A stretch of DNA of 47,923 nucleotides, taken from the NCBI GenBank assembly GCA_035269105.1, contig DATFJP010000134.1, positions 1 to 47,923 of the forward strand, written 5' to 3'. The first letter of the stretch is position 1. Every line of letters starts with the position of its first letter. The notes beneath the pieces were generated by a model. It made no database searches. It was given only the letters and a program-made list of their open reading frames with translations, and was not told the origin of the DNA. Shown piece after piece: positions 1-9,482 of the stretch. Both the position numbers and the translations under genes were made by a program. Origin of the DNA: Desulfuromonadales bacterium (GTDB lineage: Bacteria; Desulfobacterota; Desulfuromonadia; Desulfuromonadales; BM103).

Positions 1-219
1 AACCATAGTTAGTTTTCATCCGGAAACGGTTCTTTTCCGCCATGGCTGCGTCAATCTGCGAACTTGCTTGTGCGGCGTACCGATGTACGCCTCCGCGCAA
101 GCCCTTGATTTCCTTGCCATGACGAAAAATTCCTCGTTTCCGGCTCGAAAACTTCACTGTGTTCATCCGGAGTTTCCGGATGGACACGAGTTACAGGCAG
201 AAGGAGGCGACGACGGTCC

Positions 220-816
220 ATGTCCAGAACTCTGGTGATCAATGGTTCCTACCGGTCAGGCGGTTTCACCGATCAGGTGGTGAACGTCATGGCTGAAACC
301 CTGGTTGAGGCGGGCGCCGAAGTCGAGGTGGTGCTGCTGCGCAGCCATCCCATTGAATTCTGCACCAACTGCCGGATCTGCACCCAGCCGTCGGGGAAGG
401 TTCATGGGACCTGCGTCATTCATGACGGCATGGCCGAACTGATCGGGAAAATCGAAAAAAGCGACAGTTACATTTTCGCGACGCCGACCAATTTCGGTTC
501 GGCCACCGCCCTCTTCATGCGCTTCGTGGAGCGGCTGGTGGTCTACGCGGACTGGCCATGGGGGAGCAAATGTCCAAAAATGCGTACAGCGGAGGCGGTC
601 CCGAAAAGGGCGGTGCTGGTCTCCTCCTGTGCTGCCCCCGGCCTGCTCGGCCGCTGGTCGTTCGGCACCCGGCGGCAGCTGAAAACCCTGGCCCGGATTC
701 TGGGGGCCGACCCGGTCGGCCTGTTGTTCGTCGGTCAGGTTGCCCTGCACCCGCAGCCGCAGGTTTCCGACCGGACCCGCAAAAAAGCCCGGCATTTGGC
801 GGGAAAGCTGATTTGA
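220..816 (+). CDS. Flavodoxin-fold NADPH-dependent FMN reductase-like protein (iron-sulfur flavoprotein-like)
   Basis: 198-aa ORF. N-terminal LVINGSYR beta1-loop, CTNCRIC Cys motif and SDSYIFATPTNFG segment are typical of the FMN-reductase/Isf family. AAGGAGG RBS at 201-207. Confidence 0.7.
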   Translation: MSRTLVINGSYRSGGFTDQVVNVMAETLVEAGAEVEVVLLRSHPIEFCTNCRICTQPSGKVHGTCVIHDGMAELIGKIEKSDSYIFATPTNFGSATALFMRFVERLVVYADWPWGSKCPKMRTAEAVPKRAVLVSSCAAPGLLGRWSFGTRRQLKTLARILGADPVGLLFVGQVALHPQPQVSDRTRKKARHLAGKLI

Positions 817-906
817 ACCGGTGGGTGAGGGACAAACCAGGGGGGACCTTCCAAGCCTTTCGCCCTTTGTTATAATGTGGGAAACCCTGAAAGGAGGATG
901 CTGCTC

Positions 907-1590
907 ATGAACACCTTTACCTGGTATGGCCATGCCACCCTCGGCCTCGAAACCGATGGCTACAAGCTGGTGATCGACCCTTTCTTCACCGACAACCCCG
1001 CGGCCTCGGCCAAAGCGGAAGAGGTAGCGGCCGACTTCATCCTGGTCAGCCACGGCCATGGCGACCATGTCGGCGATGCCGTAGCCATCGCCGAGCGGAC
1101 CGGCGCCATGGTCGTCAGCAACCATGAGATCGCCACCTGGTTCGACAAGCAGGGCGTGGCGAAAACCCACGGTCAGCATATCGGCGGCGGCTTCAAGCAT
1201 CCCTTCGGCTACCTGAAGCTGACCCTGGCTCTGCACGGCTCCCAGCTGCCGGACGGCTCGGACGGCGGCAACCCCGCCGGATTCCTGCTGAGCACCAACG
1301 ACGGCAAGAAGATCTACATGGCCCAGGATACCGGCCTGTTCGGCGACATGCGGCTGATCGGCGAGGAGGGCCTGGAGGTCGCGGTGGTCCCCATCGGCGA
1401 TAATTTCACCATGGGGCCGGCCGATGCCTTGCGGGCTGTGAAAATGCTGCAGCCGAAGACGGTGGTGCCAATTCACTACAACACCTTCGATCTGCTCAAC
1501 CAGGACGTCAAGGCCTGGAAAGAACAGGTCGAGCGGGAAACTTCGACCAAGGTCGTTGTTCTGCAGCCCGGCGAAAGCTTCGAGTTCTGA
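907..1590 (+). CDS. UPF0173-type metal-dependent hydrolase (metallo-beta-lactamase fold)
   Basis: Motif VSHGHGDHVGD (HxHxDH) and N-terminus MNTFTWYGHATL are typical of the family. ATG 907 lies 9 nt after GGAGG (893-897). The track ORF starts earlier, at GTG 877. Confidence 0.8.
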   Translation: MNTFTWYGHATLGLETDGYKLVIDPFFTDNPAASAKAEEVAADFILVSHGHGDHVGDAVAIAERTGAMVVSNHEIATWFDKQGVAKTHGQHIGGGFKHPFGYLKLTLALHGSQLPDGSDGGNPAGFLLSTNDGKKIYMAQDTGLFGDMRLIGEEGLEVAVVPIGDNFTMGPADALRAVKMLQPKTVVPIHYNTFDLLNQDVKAWKEQVERETSTKVVVLQPGESFEF

Positions 1591-1664
1591 TCTCTGCCGG
1601 CCATCTGCAAGCGGGGCGCAGCCTTCCCTGTGCCCCGGATTTCTATTTCAACAGCAAGGCAGAT

Positions 1665-2000
1665 ATGTCCACAACCAGCCCCTACAGCTATCATCCGACC
1701 CTCTGTTTCGAAGCAAAGCTCGGCCGCATCAAAAAGCAGGACCCGAACGGCTTCGAGCGCATCATGAAAGTCGTTCAGCGTCTGCTGCGGAATCCGGAGG
1801 ACGCCGACGGTCGCATGCGCGGAGCTCATCACAGCCGGTTCAAGAAATACGTCGGCCGGCGCGACTACCGCCTGATCTACGAATGGTGTGCACTCTGCCA
1901 CAAAAAAAGCCGAAAGCTCGAGGATCGTTGCGAGAAATGTGATGAGATCAGCGATAACAGCGTGGTTTTCTTCGATGTGTTTCACAAGAATGAGGTTTGA
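1665..2000 (+). CDS. RelE/ParE-superfamily toxin-like protein with CxxC...CxxC insertion
   Basis: 111 aa. Carries an LLRNPED helix, then KKYVGRRDYRLIYEW ... VVFFDVFHK, as in the RelE/ParE core. A CALC-x11-CEKC segment is inserted between the last strands. Confidence 0.55.
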   Translation: MSTTSPYSYHPTLCFEAKLGRIKKQDPNGFERIMKVVQRLLRNPEDADGRMRGAHHSRFKKYVGRRDYRLIYEWCALCHKKSRKLEDRCEKCDEISDNSVVFFDVFHKNEV

Positions 2001-2045
2001 TCTCGTGCCATTTCCCTTTTTTGATTAAACAGGCGGGGCAGTAAG

Positions 2046-2813
2046 ATGGGCCTGATCCGCGACTGGCAGCGGCGCCGCCTGCGCCGGGAGCCTTTCCCCT
2101 CCAGTTGGGAAGAACTTCTGCGACAGAGGTTCGGCTTTTATCGTCGCCTGCCGGACAGGGACCTTGAGGCGCTGCGCGCACACATCCAGGTTTTTCTGGC
2201 AGAAAAAGTTTTTGAGGGCTGCGGCGGTCAGGCGGTCACCGACCGGCTTCGGGTTGTCGTCGCCGCCTACGCCAGCCTGCTGCTTCTGCATCGTTCGAAT
2301 CAATGCTATCCGCTGCTCGGCACTGTCCTGATCTATCCTTCCAGCTTTGCGGCGCCAGTCTCCTATGTCGACACCCACGGTGTGGTGACCGAAGTCCTGG
2401 AGGAACGGCTGGGAGAATCCTGGGATATCGGCACCATCGTCTTTGCCGCCGACAGCCTGGAAGGATTGGGTGCGGATTACGGGGCGGGCCTCAATGTCAT
2501 CCTGCACGAATTTGCGCACCAGGTCGATTTCGAGGAGGGCATCAGTGCGGGCGCCGTTCTGCGCTGGCCGAGGGAGGGCTGTCGGGACTGGACCGATTTA
2601 TGGCGGAGCGAATACCACCGAATGCGCCGCCAGCGGCGGCGCGGTCGGCCCCAGGTGCTCGATCCCTACGGAACCGAAAGCGTGACGGAATTTTTCGCCG
2701 TGGCGACCGAGGTCTTTTTCGAACAGCCGGTGCGCCTCAAGGCCCATCATCCCGGTCTCTATCAGGAACTTCAGGCTGTTTACCGGCAGGACCCGGCGGC
2801 CTGGAACCGGTAA
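2046..2813 (+). CDS. mtfA: MtfA-like zinc-dependent peptidase (M90 family)
   Basis: 255 aa. HEFAHQVD zinc motif and C-terminal TEFFAVATEVFFEQP are typical of MtfA/DUF980 proteins. Confidence 0.75.
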   Translation: MGLIRDWQRRRLRREPFPSSWEELLRQRFGFYRRLPDRDLEALRAHIQVFLAEKVFEGCGGQAVTDRLRVVVAAYASLLLLHRSNQCYPLLGTVLIYPSSFAAPVSYVDTHGVVTEVLEERLGESWDIGTIVFAADSLEGLGADYGAGLNVILHEFAHQVDFEEGISAGAVLRWPREGCRDWTDLWRSEYHRMRRQRRRGRPQVLDPYGTESVTEFFAVATEVFFEQPVRLKAHHPGLYQELQAVYRQDPAAWNR

Positions 2814-2891
2814 GTGCTGGTAAGAAGATCGCTCTCAAGGCAGGTCGGCAGGAAAACGTTCCGGAAGCGGTCTTCCGATCGGGGATGCCTC

Positions 2892-3263
2892 TTATTTCGA
2901 ATTCCTGAACTTTTCCCCGAGTGCGGCGAAGGGAGAGTGAGCCAGGCCGGGAGTGTCCTCCCGGTCTCCGCCCGTTTCGGTGCTGCGCTGTTCCTGAATG
3001 CCGCGCGTGTGCTCATGGTCGTGGCAGTAAACGCAGAGCAGTTCCCAGTTGCTGCCGTCGGGCGGGTTGTAGTCGTGATTGTGATCTTTGTGGTGGACGG
3101 TCAACTCGCGCAGCTTTTTGCCCTCGAACTCGCGGCTGCAACGGGCGCAGACGTGCGGGAACAGCTTGAGAGCCCGCTCGCGGTAGCCGGCCTGGCGCTC
3201 GCTTTCTTCTCTGCGCATGGTGGCGATGAGCCGATCCTGCTGCTTGTCATCCGGGTGTGGCAT
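2892..3263 (-). CDS. yajD: YajD-family HNH nuclease
   Basis: 123 aa. CARCS...LTVHHKDHNHDYNPPDGSNWELLCVYCHDHEH is an HNH/zinc motif matching YajD-type proteins. Confidence 0.8.
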   Translation of the reverse strand: MPHPDDKQQDRLIATMRREESERQAGYRERALKLFPHVCARCSREFEGKKLRELTVHHKDHNHDYNPPDGSNWELLCVYCHDHEHTRGIQEQRSTETGGDREDTPGLAHSPFAALGEKFRNSK

Positions 3264-3354
3264 GCCGATCTCCTTGATCTGGGCTGGTAAAAGGTTCCGA
3301 TCCGCAAGTACCTTCCCATTTTACCATTTTCCCCAATGCCAGTAATCCTCTTCA

Positions 3355-3756
3355 TCATTCCTCGGCTATTTCTTTGCTATCCTGCCACTCGGGACTCCAG
3401 CCGCCAAGAGTCGGATGATACATCTCGTCGCCAGCATGCTGAGTAAACTCGACGTTCAGCCGGTTCGGGTCCAGGCCGAGAATGTCAGCGCAGTCCCTGC
3501 AGAGCGCCCTGGCCAGTTCCAGCCGCTGTTGCGCGGATCGACCACGGCGGATATCGCACATCAGCACTGCCGCCGGCTCCGGCTCACCGTCGATCATCCG
3601 CCAGGGCCCGCCCCCTCCCAGCTCCCGGATGGCAACACTGATGCGGCGGATATCCATGGTCATCAACCGCGCATAAGTTTCACATAACTGCTTTGCCAAC
3701 CGCTCTTTGGTCTCGGCTGGAAAGGGTCCGTTCACATCCAGTTGCAGGTAGGGCAT
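3355..3756 (-). CDS. Tautomerase (4-oxalocrotonate tautomerase superfamily) protein
   Basis: Chosen start gives MPYLQLDV..., with the catalytic Pro1 right after Met. The longer track ORF (to 3942) would overlap the osmC 3' end. Confidence 0.55.
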   Translation of the reverse strand: MPYLQLDVNGPFPAETKERLAKQLCETYARLMTMDIRRISVAIRELGGGGPWRMIDGEPEPAAVLMCDIRRGRSAQQRLELARALCRDCADILGLDPNRLNVEFTQHAGDEMYHPTLGGWSPEWQDSKEIAEE

Positions 3757-3907
3757 GATGGCCAACTTGTGGGGATGTTGGAGATATTGACGTTCAGCTG
3801 CGCCTTTGCTGGGGTCGGTCTGGATGTCAGCCAAGTTCCAAACCCAACGGGGACACCCACTGCGGAGTGCCCCCGGCCTGATGTGGTCCGCTGCAGAGAG
3901 CAGTGCA

Positions 3908-4336
3908 TTACTGGAGGACTGCCTGCAGGGTGATTTCGGCATCCAGCAGCTTGCTGATCGGACAGCCTTCCTTCGCCTGCTCGGCGAATGTCCGGAACTG
4001 ACTCTCGTCGATTTCCGGGACCTTGGCCTGCATGGTCAGTTGGCTGCCGGTCACGGCGAAGCCGCCGCCGACCTTGTCCAGAGTCACTTCGGCCGAAGTC
4101 TTGATGTATTCGGCGGCAAAGCCTGCTTCACCGAGGATTTTCGAAAGAGCCATGGAAAAACAGGCGGCATGGGCCGCGCCGATCAGCTCTTCCGGATTAC
4201 TGCCCTTGACGCCTTCGAAGCGCTGGGCAAAGCCATAGGGATATTCGTCGAGAGCGCCGCTTTCAGTGGAAATGGTGCCTCTGCCATCTTTCAATCCGCC
4301 CTGCCACTGAGCCGAGCCATGTTTTTTGATCGCCAT
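3908..4336 (-). CDS. osmC: OsmC-family peroxiredoxin
   Basis: 142 aa. N-terminus SAQWQGGLKDGRGTIS, active-site region LIGAAHAACFSMAL and second Cys in KEGCPISK are the OsmC signature. Confidence 0.85.
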   Translation of the reverse strand: MAIKKHGSAQWQGGLKDGRGTISTESGALDEYPYGFAQRFEGVKGSNPEELIGAAHAACFSMALSKILGEAGFAAEYIKTSAEVTLDKVGGGFAVTGSQLTMQAKVPEIDESQFRTFAEQAKEGCPISKLLDAEITLQAVLQ

Positions 4337-4404
4337 TTTCTTTCTCCCTGGTTGGTTGTTGTCTGTTTCTGCTTGCGACTGTAACAGGCTCCAAGCAAGC
4401 TGTC

Positions 4405-5040
4405 CTACTTGAGGACCTCCATGGCCAAGGCATGGTATTTGTCATGGAAGCCCTCACCCAGTTCCTGTTTCTCGATGCGGGCAAAGCCTTGCATCATGCC
4501 GGCCTTTTCTGCCATAGGCAGCCTGAGGTCGGCCTGTTGATAGAGAATCTGGTTCTCCTTGCCGATGTGGGCGCGGATCATTTCCGCATAGCGGTCGAGC
4601 CGGTCGGCGACGAGAGCCGGGTCGGCATTTTGTTTCTGCTCCAGCATATAGGCCACTTCCTGCAGCAGCGTACGGCCATAGTTGTGTTCGTTGACCAGTT
4701 CCGCGGTCAGATTTTCTATGGTCCTGCCATCGTAAAATTTCGCGGCCGGAAAATAAAAACGCTCTTCCTTGGCATGGTGGCATTTGTCGACGAAATTGCT
4801 GAAAAAATCGTGCATCTTGAGGATGCGCTGCACATTCAGGGAGCCGGTCTCGCGGATCAAGGCCGCTTCCTGGCGGGCGGCATCAAGCATTTTCAGGGTG
4901 ATGTCATGCTCTTTTTGCAACTGCGCACTGGGGTTTTGTGCGGGACCCTCCTGCTGGTCGGCAGCCAGGGCCGGTCCGGCGAGAACTGCCGGCATGGCGA
5001 TGACCAGAAAAACCACTCCTTTGGCAAGCAGATTTCGCAT
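4405..5040 (-). CDS. Secreted hemerythrin (HHE cation-binding) domain protein
   Basis: 211 aa. Signal peptide ends ALA-AD. EHD...H, HHAKEE and EH...H spacing resembles hemerythrin-like metal-binding helices. Confidence 0.65.
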   Translation of the reverse strand: MRNLLAKGVVFLVIAMPAVLAGPALAADQQEGPAQNPSAQLQKEHDITLKMLDAARQEAALIRETGSLNVQRILKMHDFFSNFVDKCHHAKEERFYFPAAKFYDGRTIENLTAELVNEHNYGRTLLQEVAYMLEQKQNADPALVADRLDRYAEMIRAHIGKENQILYQQADLRLPMAEKAGMMQGFARIEKQELGEGFHDKYHALAMEVLK

Positions 5041-5197
5041 AACAGGGCACTCCTTTCCCGGGAAAAAATCGATCGTTCTGTGACTAAAAGGCTAACAACC
5101 GGGCAAGGAATGTCAAATCGACCCTCCCTACGGAGAACGGTCCTGACCGGGTATGGAAAATTCTCTCGACATGAGAAACAGGGGTTGTCCGGCAAAT

Positions 5198-6121
5198 TCA
5201 GGGCGCCTCGTCCTGTGCTTGCGGGGTTACGACCTTCAGGGCCGCTGGTTGGTAGCGATAGCGCAGCGGGGGCTGCAGATCAACGAGTTCGCCGTCAAGC
5301 GCCACCAGCCGCTTGCGGCCGCCTTTAGGAAACCGGATCTCCAGTTTTTCCATGACCCGGTTTTCGATCCGTTCCTCCTTCTGCATGGGGTCGACGCCGA
5401 GAATCATGGCGTTGAAGGCGATGCGGAACGATTCCAACCGGCCGCGGCTTCTGATGGCAATCAGGTGCAGGCCCTCTCGGCCGTCCGGCTTTTTCTGCCC
5501 CAACAGGGGGAATTTCACGCCCCGCTCGTGGACACCGACGAAGACCAGCGGCGACCTCAGCCGGCTGCCGTTGAGGTCAATCCGACCGCTGCGAAAACGG
5601 AACAGACGGCCGAGGCCGGCCAGCAGGCTGGCCGAGTGATAACCGATCTGCTGTTCGTACTGCATGCGGGATTGGACGAACAGCACATAGGCGCCTACCG
5701 AGCTGGTGTTGAGAAACACCTGGTCGTTGACGCGGCCGGCTGCGGTCGGCCGGGCCCGGCCACGGAGGGCCAGTTCCAGGGCCTTCTCCGGATTATTCGG
5801 GATGCCCAGCTGCCGGGCGAAATGATTCAATGTTCCGCCGGGCAGGATAGCCAGTTCCGTGGTTTTGCCCGCCAGGTGGGATGCTGCCAGGCGCAGGGTA
5901 CCGTCACCGCCGCATACCAGGATTCTGTCTTTTCCATTGGCGACCTCCCGGGCAATGGCTTGCGACAATTCCTGCGGGGAAAGCCGGTGCAGATCGATGC
6001 GGGACTCTTTTTCCAGGGCCGGGATGACGCTTTCTGACCCGCCCGCAGCCAAGTTCAGAAAAACCGGCAAGGGGTTTTCGGGGTTGCCTGACGAAGAATA
6101 TTTTGACAAGTCGGCAGCCAT
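5198..6121 (-). CDS. Diacylglycerol/lipid kinase family protein (YegS/BmrU type)
   Basis: 307 aa. ILVCGGDGTL catalytic-domain motif and GTLNHFARQLGIP segment. Confidence 0.8.
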   Translation of the reverse strand: MAADLSKYSSSGNPENPLPVFLNLAAGGSESVIPALEKESRIDLHRLSPQELSQAIAREVANGKDRILVCGGDGTLRLAASHLAGKTTELAILPGGTLNHFARQLGIPNNPEKALELALRGRARPTAAGRVNDQVFLNTSSVGAYVLFVQSRMQYEQQIGYHSASLLAGLGRLFRFRSGRIDLNGSRLRSPLVFVGVHERGVKFPLLGQKKPDGREGLHLIAIRSRGRLESFRIAFNAMILGVDPMQKEERIENRVMEKLEIRFPKGGRKRLVALDGELVDLQPPLRYRYQPAALKVVTPQAQDEAP

Positions 6122-6126
6122 GGTTT

Positions 6127-6951
6127 TTAAGCTATTGCCCGGCAGGGTTTCGGATTTGTTTCAGCAGCGGACCAGCCATCTTCCGCGTGGTGGAAGGCAC
6201 AGCTCAGTTCGCAGTGAAAGGATTCTTCGTCCCAGGCCATTCGATCGATCTGCAAATGCTGACGGTCCCCCTTGACCAGATTGAAATTGTTGGGAAATCC
6301 AGGCACCAGACGGCTTGAAGTGGTGGTCCCGGCATGGGAGATAATGACTCCGCGAAGGGCCTTGATGTACGGCAGGTGGACATGTCCGCTGAGAATAATA
6401 TCGACCTTGCCCTGGAAGGCCTGCATGGCGGCGTCCCGGCGACCGATCAGGCCGCGATGCAGATATTCCTCGGGCAGCCAGAAAGGGTGGTGGGCGACCA
6501 GCAGGCCCAGTTGTTGCTCGCCGCGTTTTTGCAGGCGGGTCAGGACCCTGTCAATCTGCTGTTGATTGATGCGCCCCCGCGACCAGTCGAGGAGCGCCGC
6601 CCGCTTGCGGGCAGTGTTAATCCCGACGGCGACATAGCCAGCGGCTTCCAGGTCCGGCTCCAGGTCCGCCGAAATCGTTTTCTGCCATTTTCGCCAGGGA
6701 GAGCGGAAACGTTCGAACAGGTTGGTGGCGGACAGGTCGTGATTGCCCGGGACGACCAGATATGGCTGGTCAAGTTTCTGCAAAAATTCCCCAGCCGCAC
6801 GATATTCGTCATGCTTGGCCCGCTGAGTCAGGTCGCCGCTGATGAGGATCGCATCCGGCTGCACCTTGTGCAGGCAATCCAGCAACCCTTCGATTAATCT
6901 CGAGCGTTCGCGACCAAAATGGAGGTCGGAAATATGCGCGATAACCGTCAT
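6127..6951 (-). CDS. Metallophosphoesterase
   Basis: 274 aa. Motifs ISDLHFG, SGDLTQ, GNHD and SGHVH are the calcineurin-like phosphoesterase set. Confidence 0.85.
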   Translation of the reverse strand: MTVIAHISDLHFGRERSRLIEGLLDCLHKVQPDAILISGDLTQRAKHDEYRAAGEFLQKLDQPYLVVPGNHDLSATNLFERFRSPWRKWQKTISADLEPDLEAAGYVAVGINTARKRAALLDWSRGRINQQQIDRVLTRLQKRGEQQLGLLVAHHPFWLPEEYLHRGLIGRRDAAMQAFQGKVDIILSGHVHLPYIKALRGVIISHAGTTTSSRLVPGFPNNFNLVKGDRQHLQIDRMAWDEESFHCELSCAFHHAEDGWSAAETNPKPCRAIA

Positions 6952-6963
6952 TGCCTGGCGGCC

Positions 6964-7173
6964 TCAAGTCGGCAACGATCGCTCATCATGCTGGTCCGGA
7001 ACGTACATGCCATGGTCGTCCAGCAGGGATGGGTCGATGAGCATCTTCGCTTCTTCGACGGGCGTTGCCGAGAGCTTTTTGATAGCGTCACGGGTGGCAT
7101 ATTGCTTCGACAAGACCATTTTGCCGCTGTCCACATCGAACGTTTTAAACAGGAAGACTTCAACTTTGTCCAT
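6964..7173 (-). CDS. Small hypothetical protein
   Basis: 69-aa ORF from ATG 7173, preceded by GGAGAGAAAGG. Packed between the DUF924 gene and the phosphoesterase gene on the same strand. No recognised domain. Confidence 0.4.
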   Translation of the reverse strand: MDKVEVFLFKTFDVDSGKMVLSKQYATRDAIKKLSATPVEEAKMLIDPSLLDDHGMYVPDQHDERSLPT

Positions 7174-7193
7174 GAGCTCGCCTTTCTCTCCAA

Positions 7194-7730
7194 TCAAAAA
7201 CCGGAACCGGGCTGCTGTAAAAAAGCCTGCTCCGCAGGGGTCGATTGGCGGCCGAGAATCCGGTTGCGGTGCGGATAACGGCCAAACCGTTCCAGAATAC
7301 GCTTGTGCCTGATCTCATAATCGAGACTGCCCTGCAGGCCGTTTTGTTCGAACAGGGCAATGGCCACCTTGTGAATCTTCAGGGACTCGCTGTGCATGAA
7401 GGGCATGTAGAGGAAGTTTCGTTCCTGCCGGGAAAGTTCTTTTTCAACGCCCGCGGCGATGGCCTCCTGGGCCAGGGCCAGGGCCAAAGCATCATAGGCG
7501 AAGGCCCGGGATGACGCTCGGAACATGTTTCTGGAAAACTGGTCGAGGACAATGATTTCAGCCAGTCGTCCCTGGGCCTGATCACGCCAGGCAAAGAGTT
7601 CGCAGCGGGTCGCCTGCGCATGCAAGGCACCAAATCTGGCCAGGATCAGTTGGTCGAGCTCCGGGTTTTTCTGCCACCACTGTGCAGGTTCAAGTTCTTC
7701 GAACCAGAAATTCAAAACATCCTGATACAT
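7194..7730 (-). CDS. DUF924 family protein
   Basis: Start MYQDVLNFWFEE...QWW, then DQFSRN and RFGRYPHRN motifs typical of DUF924. The upstream part of the track ORF has no homology-like features. Confidence 0.8.
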   Translation of the reverse strand: MYQDVLNFWFEELEPAQWWQKNPELDQLILARFGALHAQATRCELFAWRDQAQGRLAEIIVLDQFSRNMFRASSRAFAYDALALALAQEAIAAGVEKELSRQERNFLYMPFMHSESLKIHKVAIALFEQNGLQGSLDYEIRHKRILERFGRYPHRNRILGRQSTPAEQAFLQQPGSGF

Positions 7731-7998
7731 GATTTGCTGCCCTCGAAAAGCCAAAGAAAACAGTTTGCCACTTAGGTAGAGCATACCTGATAAAGGGGAG
7801 CTTGCCAGGCGGTAAGGACCATTTTCCCGGGCCTTCCGGCCGTTCACTTGGGTTGGCAGCCCGGATGGCGAAAGACATTTTTGGTCACGCTGGCGTGAGT
7901 GGGATGCAGGCGCAATATTCGAACCAAAAAATATATTGATTTGTGAATATATATGTGGTAGTGGGTATATGCACAAAACAGTTTTTGGGAGATTCCTC

Positions 7999-8400
7999 AT
8001 GCAAATCTACCGAAACCAGACGGCCAAGCCGGTCGGGCGCTTCGTGCTGGACCTGGAACATGCCGCGCACCAGCGAGGCTTTTTCCTGCATAACCAGGAG
8101 ACGATGGCGATGGCGAACACCTTTGGCCAACATGGCATCGCCGTTGCCGAAGGTTTCGATCTGCACATGATTCATCTCTGTAAACCTGCAAAAGCCGCGC
8201 GGATTTTGGAAAATAACCCGGAACGCGCGGCCTTGATGCCCAAATTCATCATGGTTTTCAGCGCGCAGGCGACGACCCAGATCCGCTTTCTGCACTATCG
8301 CTCGGAGACGGTTTTCAGGCTGCTGGGCGATGCGGAATTCCCGGATGCGATCGCCGCCAGCTTGAAAGAAATCATTACCGTCATCGAAAACGCGCTTTAG
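7999..8400 (+). CDS. DUF302 domain protein
   Basis: 133 aa from ATG 7999 (GGGAG RBS at 7987-7991). The FDLHMIHLCKPAKA segment resembles the DUF302 core. Confidence 0.55.
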   Translation: MQIYRNQTAKPVGRFVLDLEHAAHQRGFFLHNQETMAMANTFGQHGIAVAEGFDLHMIHLCKPAKAARILENNPERAALMPKFIMVFSAQATTQIRFLHYRSETVFRLLGDAEFPDAIAASLKEIITVIENAL

Positions 8401-8462
8401 AAGTTTCCGGCAGGCGGTTGTTTTCCGTACCAAAAGAGACGATTTAACAGGAGGATCAGGCG

Positions 8463-9482
8463 ATGTTGAAGTTTCTCGTTGCACTGCAGAAAAATCTGGT
8501 TTACGCGATTCCGGCGGCGATGGTCTTCGGTTTGCTGGGCGGAGGGTTCCTGTTTGACGCCCAACCGCTGAAGGCTCTGATCATTCCGATCACTTTCGTC
8601 ATGATTTACCCGATGATGACCACTTTGAACGTGCGATCGATTTTCTCCGGGCAGGACTCCCGGCTGCAACTGGCGACCCAATGCATCAATTTTCTGCTGA
8701 TCCCGGTGATTGTCTTTGCCCTGGGCAAGATCTTCCTCGCCGGCGAGGAGCCCAAGTTCGGGCTCTGGGCAGTCGGACTGTTTCTGATCGGCGTGCTGCC
8801 GGCCTCGGGCATGACCATTTCCTGGACCGGGTTCGCCAACGGCAACAAGGAAGCTGCAACCAAGATGCTCATGTTCGGTCTGGTCATCGGCTCGGCGGCG
8901 GCTCCGGTGTATACCAAGGTATTCATGGGGGCCAACGTGGACGTGGATATGCTGCACATGTTCCGGCAGATCTGCATTTTCGTTTTCGTTCCCCTGGCGG
9001 GCGGCCTTCTGACCCAGACCTGGCTGATCCGGAAACATGGCCGCCAGGCCTGGCAAGAGGTCTACAAACCGAAGTTCCCGCCCTTCTCGGCACTCGGCGT
9101 GGTGATGATCGCCTTCGTCGCCATGTCCCTGAAAGCCAGAAATATTCTCGCCGATCCGGCGGATCTGCTGACCATCGTCACACCCCTGGTGGTCTTTTAT
9201 CTGATCTCCTATATTCTGCTGTCGGTGATCGGCAAACTCTTCTTCAGCCGTGAGGATGCCATCGCCATGGTGTTCGGTGTGGTGATGCGCGATCTGTCTA
9301 TCGCCCTGGCCATCGCCATGACCGCTTTCGGCCAGGCCGGGTCGACCATCGCGCTGCTGATTGCCATGGCTTATGTTTTCCAGATCCAGTCGGCGGCCTG
9401 GTATATCAGGCTGGTGCCCTGGATTTTCGGTTCCCCCGAGGAGAAGCCAACCCCGCCGATTTCCTGCCGTTCGGTCAATTGA
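8463..9482 (+). CDS. BASS/ACR3-superfamily permease (arsenic-resistance-protein-like / bile acid:Na+ symporter fold)
   Basis: 339 aa with about 10 predicted TM segments. N-terminal PITFVMIYPMM and GVLPASGMTISWTG segments are typical of ACR3/BASS-like carriers. Confidence 0.7.
   Translation: MLKFLVALQKNLVYAIPAAMVFGLLGGGFLFDAQPLKALIIPITFVMIYPMMTTLNVRSIFSGQDSRLQLATQCINFLLIPVIVFALGKIFLAGEEPKFGLWAVGLFLIGVLPASGMTISWTGFANGNKEAATKMLMFGLVIGSAAAPVYTKVFMGANVDVDMLHMFRQICIFVFVPLAGGLLTQTWLIRKHGRQAWQEVYKPKFPPFSALGVVMIAFVAMSLKARNILADPADLLTIVTPLVVFYLISYILLSVIGKLFFSREDAIAMVFGVVMRDLSIALAIAMTAFGQAGSTIALLIAMAYVFQIQSAAWYIRLVPWIFGSPEEKPTPPISCRSVN

Noticed and set aside
1-242. 63-aa - strand ORF (51-242) and a possible - strand gene start at 43 leaving the window
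   Set aside because: The 63-aa ORF overlaps the flavoprotein RBS and start and has no features. The edge ORF gives only 14 codons, too little to call.
256-1476. 406-aa ORF on the - strand spanning two + strand genes
   Set aside because: It lies antisense to well-supported genes (flavoprotein, MBL hydrolase). The composition is Gly/Ala/Arg/Pro-rich, typical of shadow ORFs in high-GC DNA, and there are no motifs.
3757-3942. N-terminal 62 aa of the 195-aa ORF containing the tautomerase
   Set aside because: It would overlap the osmC 3' end. The tautomerase superfamily requires Pro right after the initiator Met, which the internal ATG 3756 provides.
7925-7975. AT-rich stretch with three TATAT boxes spaced 16-18 bp apart, considered as a ModE or ArsR operator upstream of DUF302/permease
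   Set aside because: The spacing (N11) does not fit the ModE TATAT-N7-TAYAT pattern I recall. No regulator gene is nearby. It is more simply -10/UP-like promoter DNA of a divergent region.
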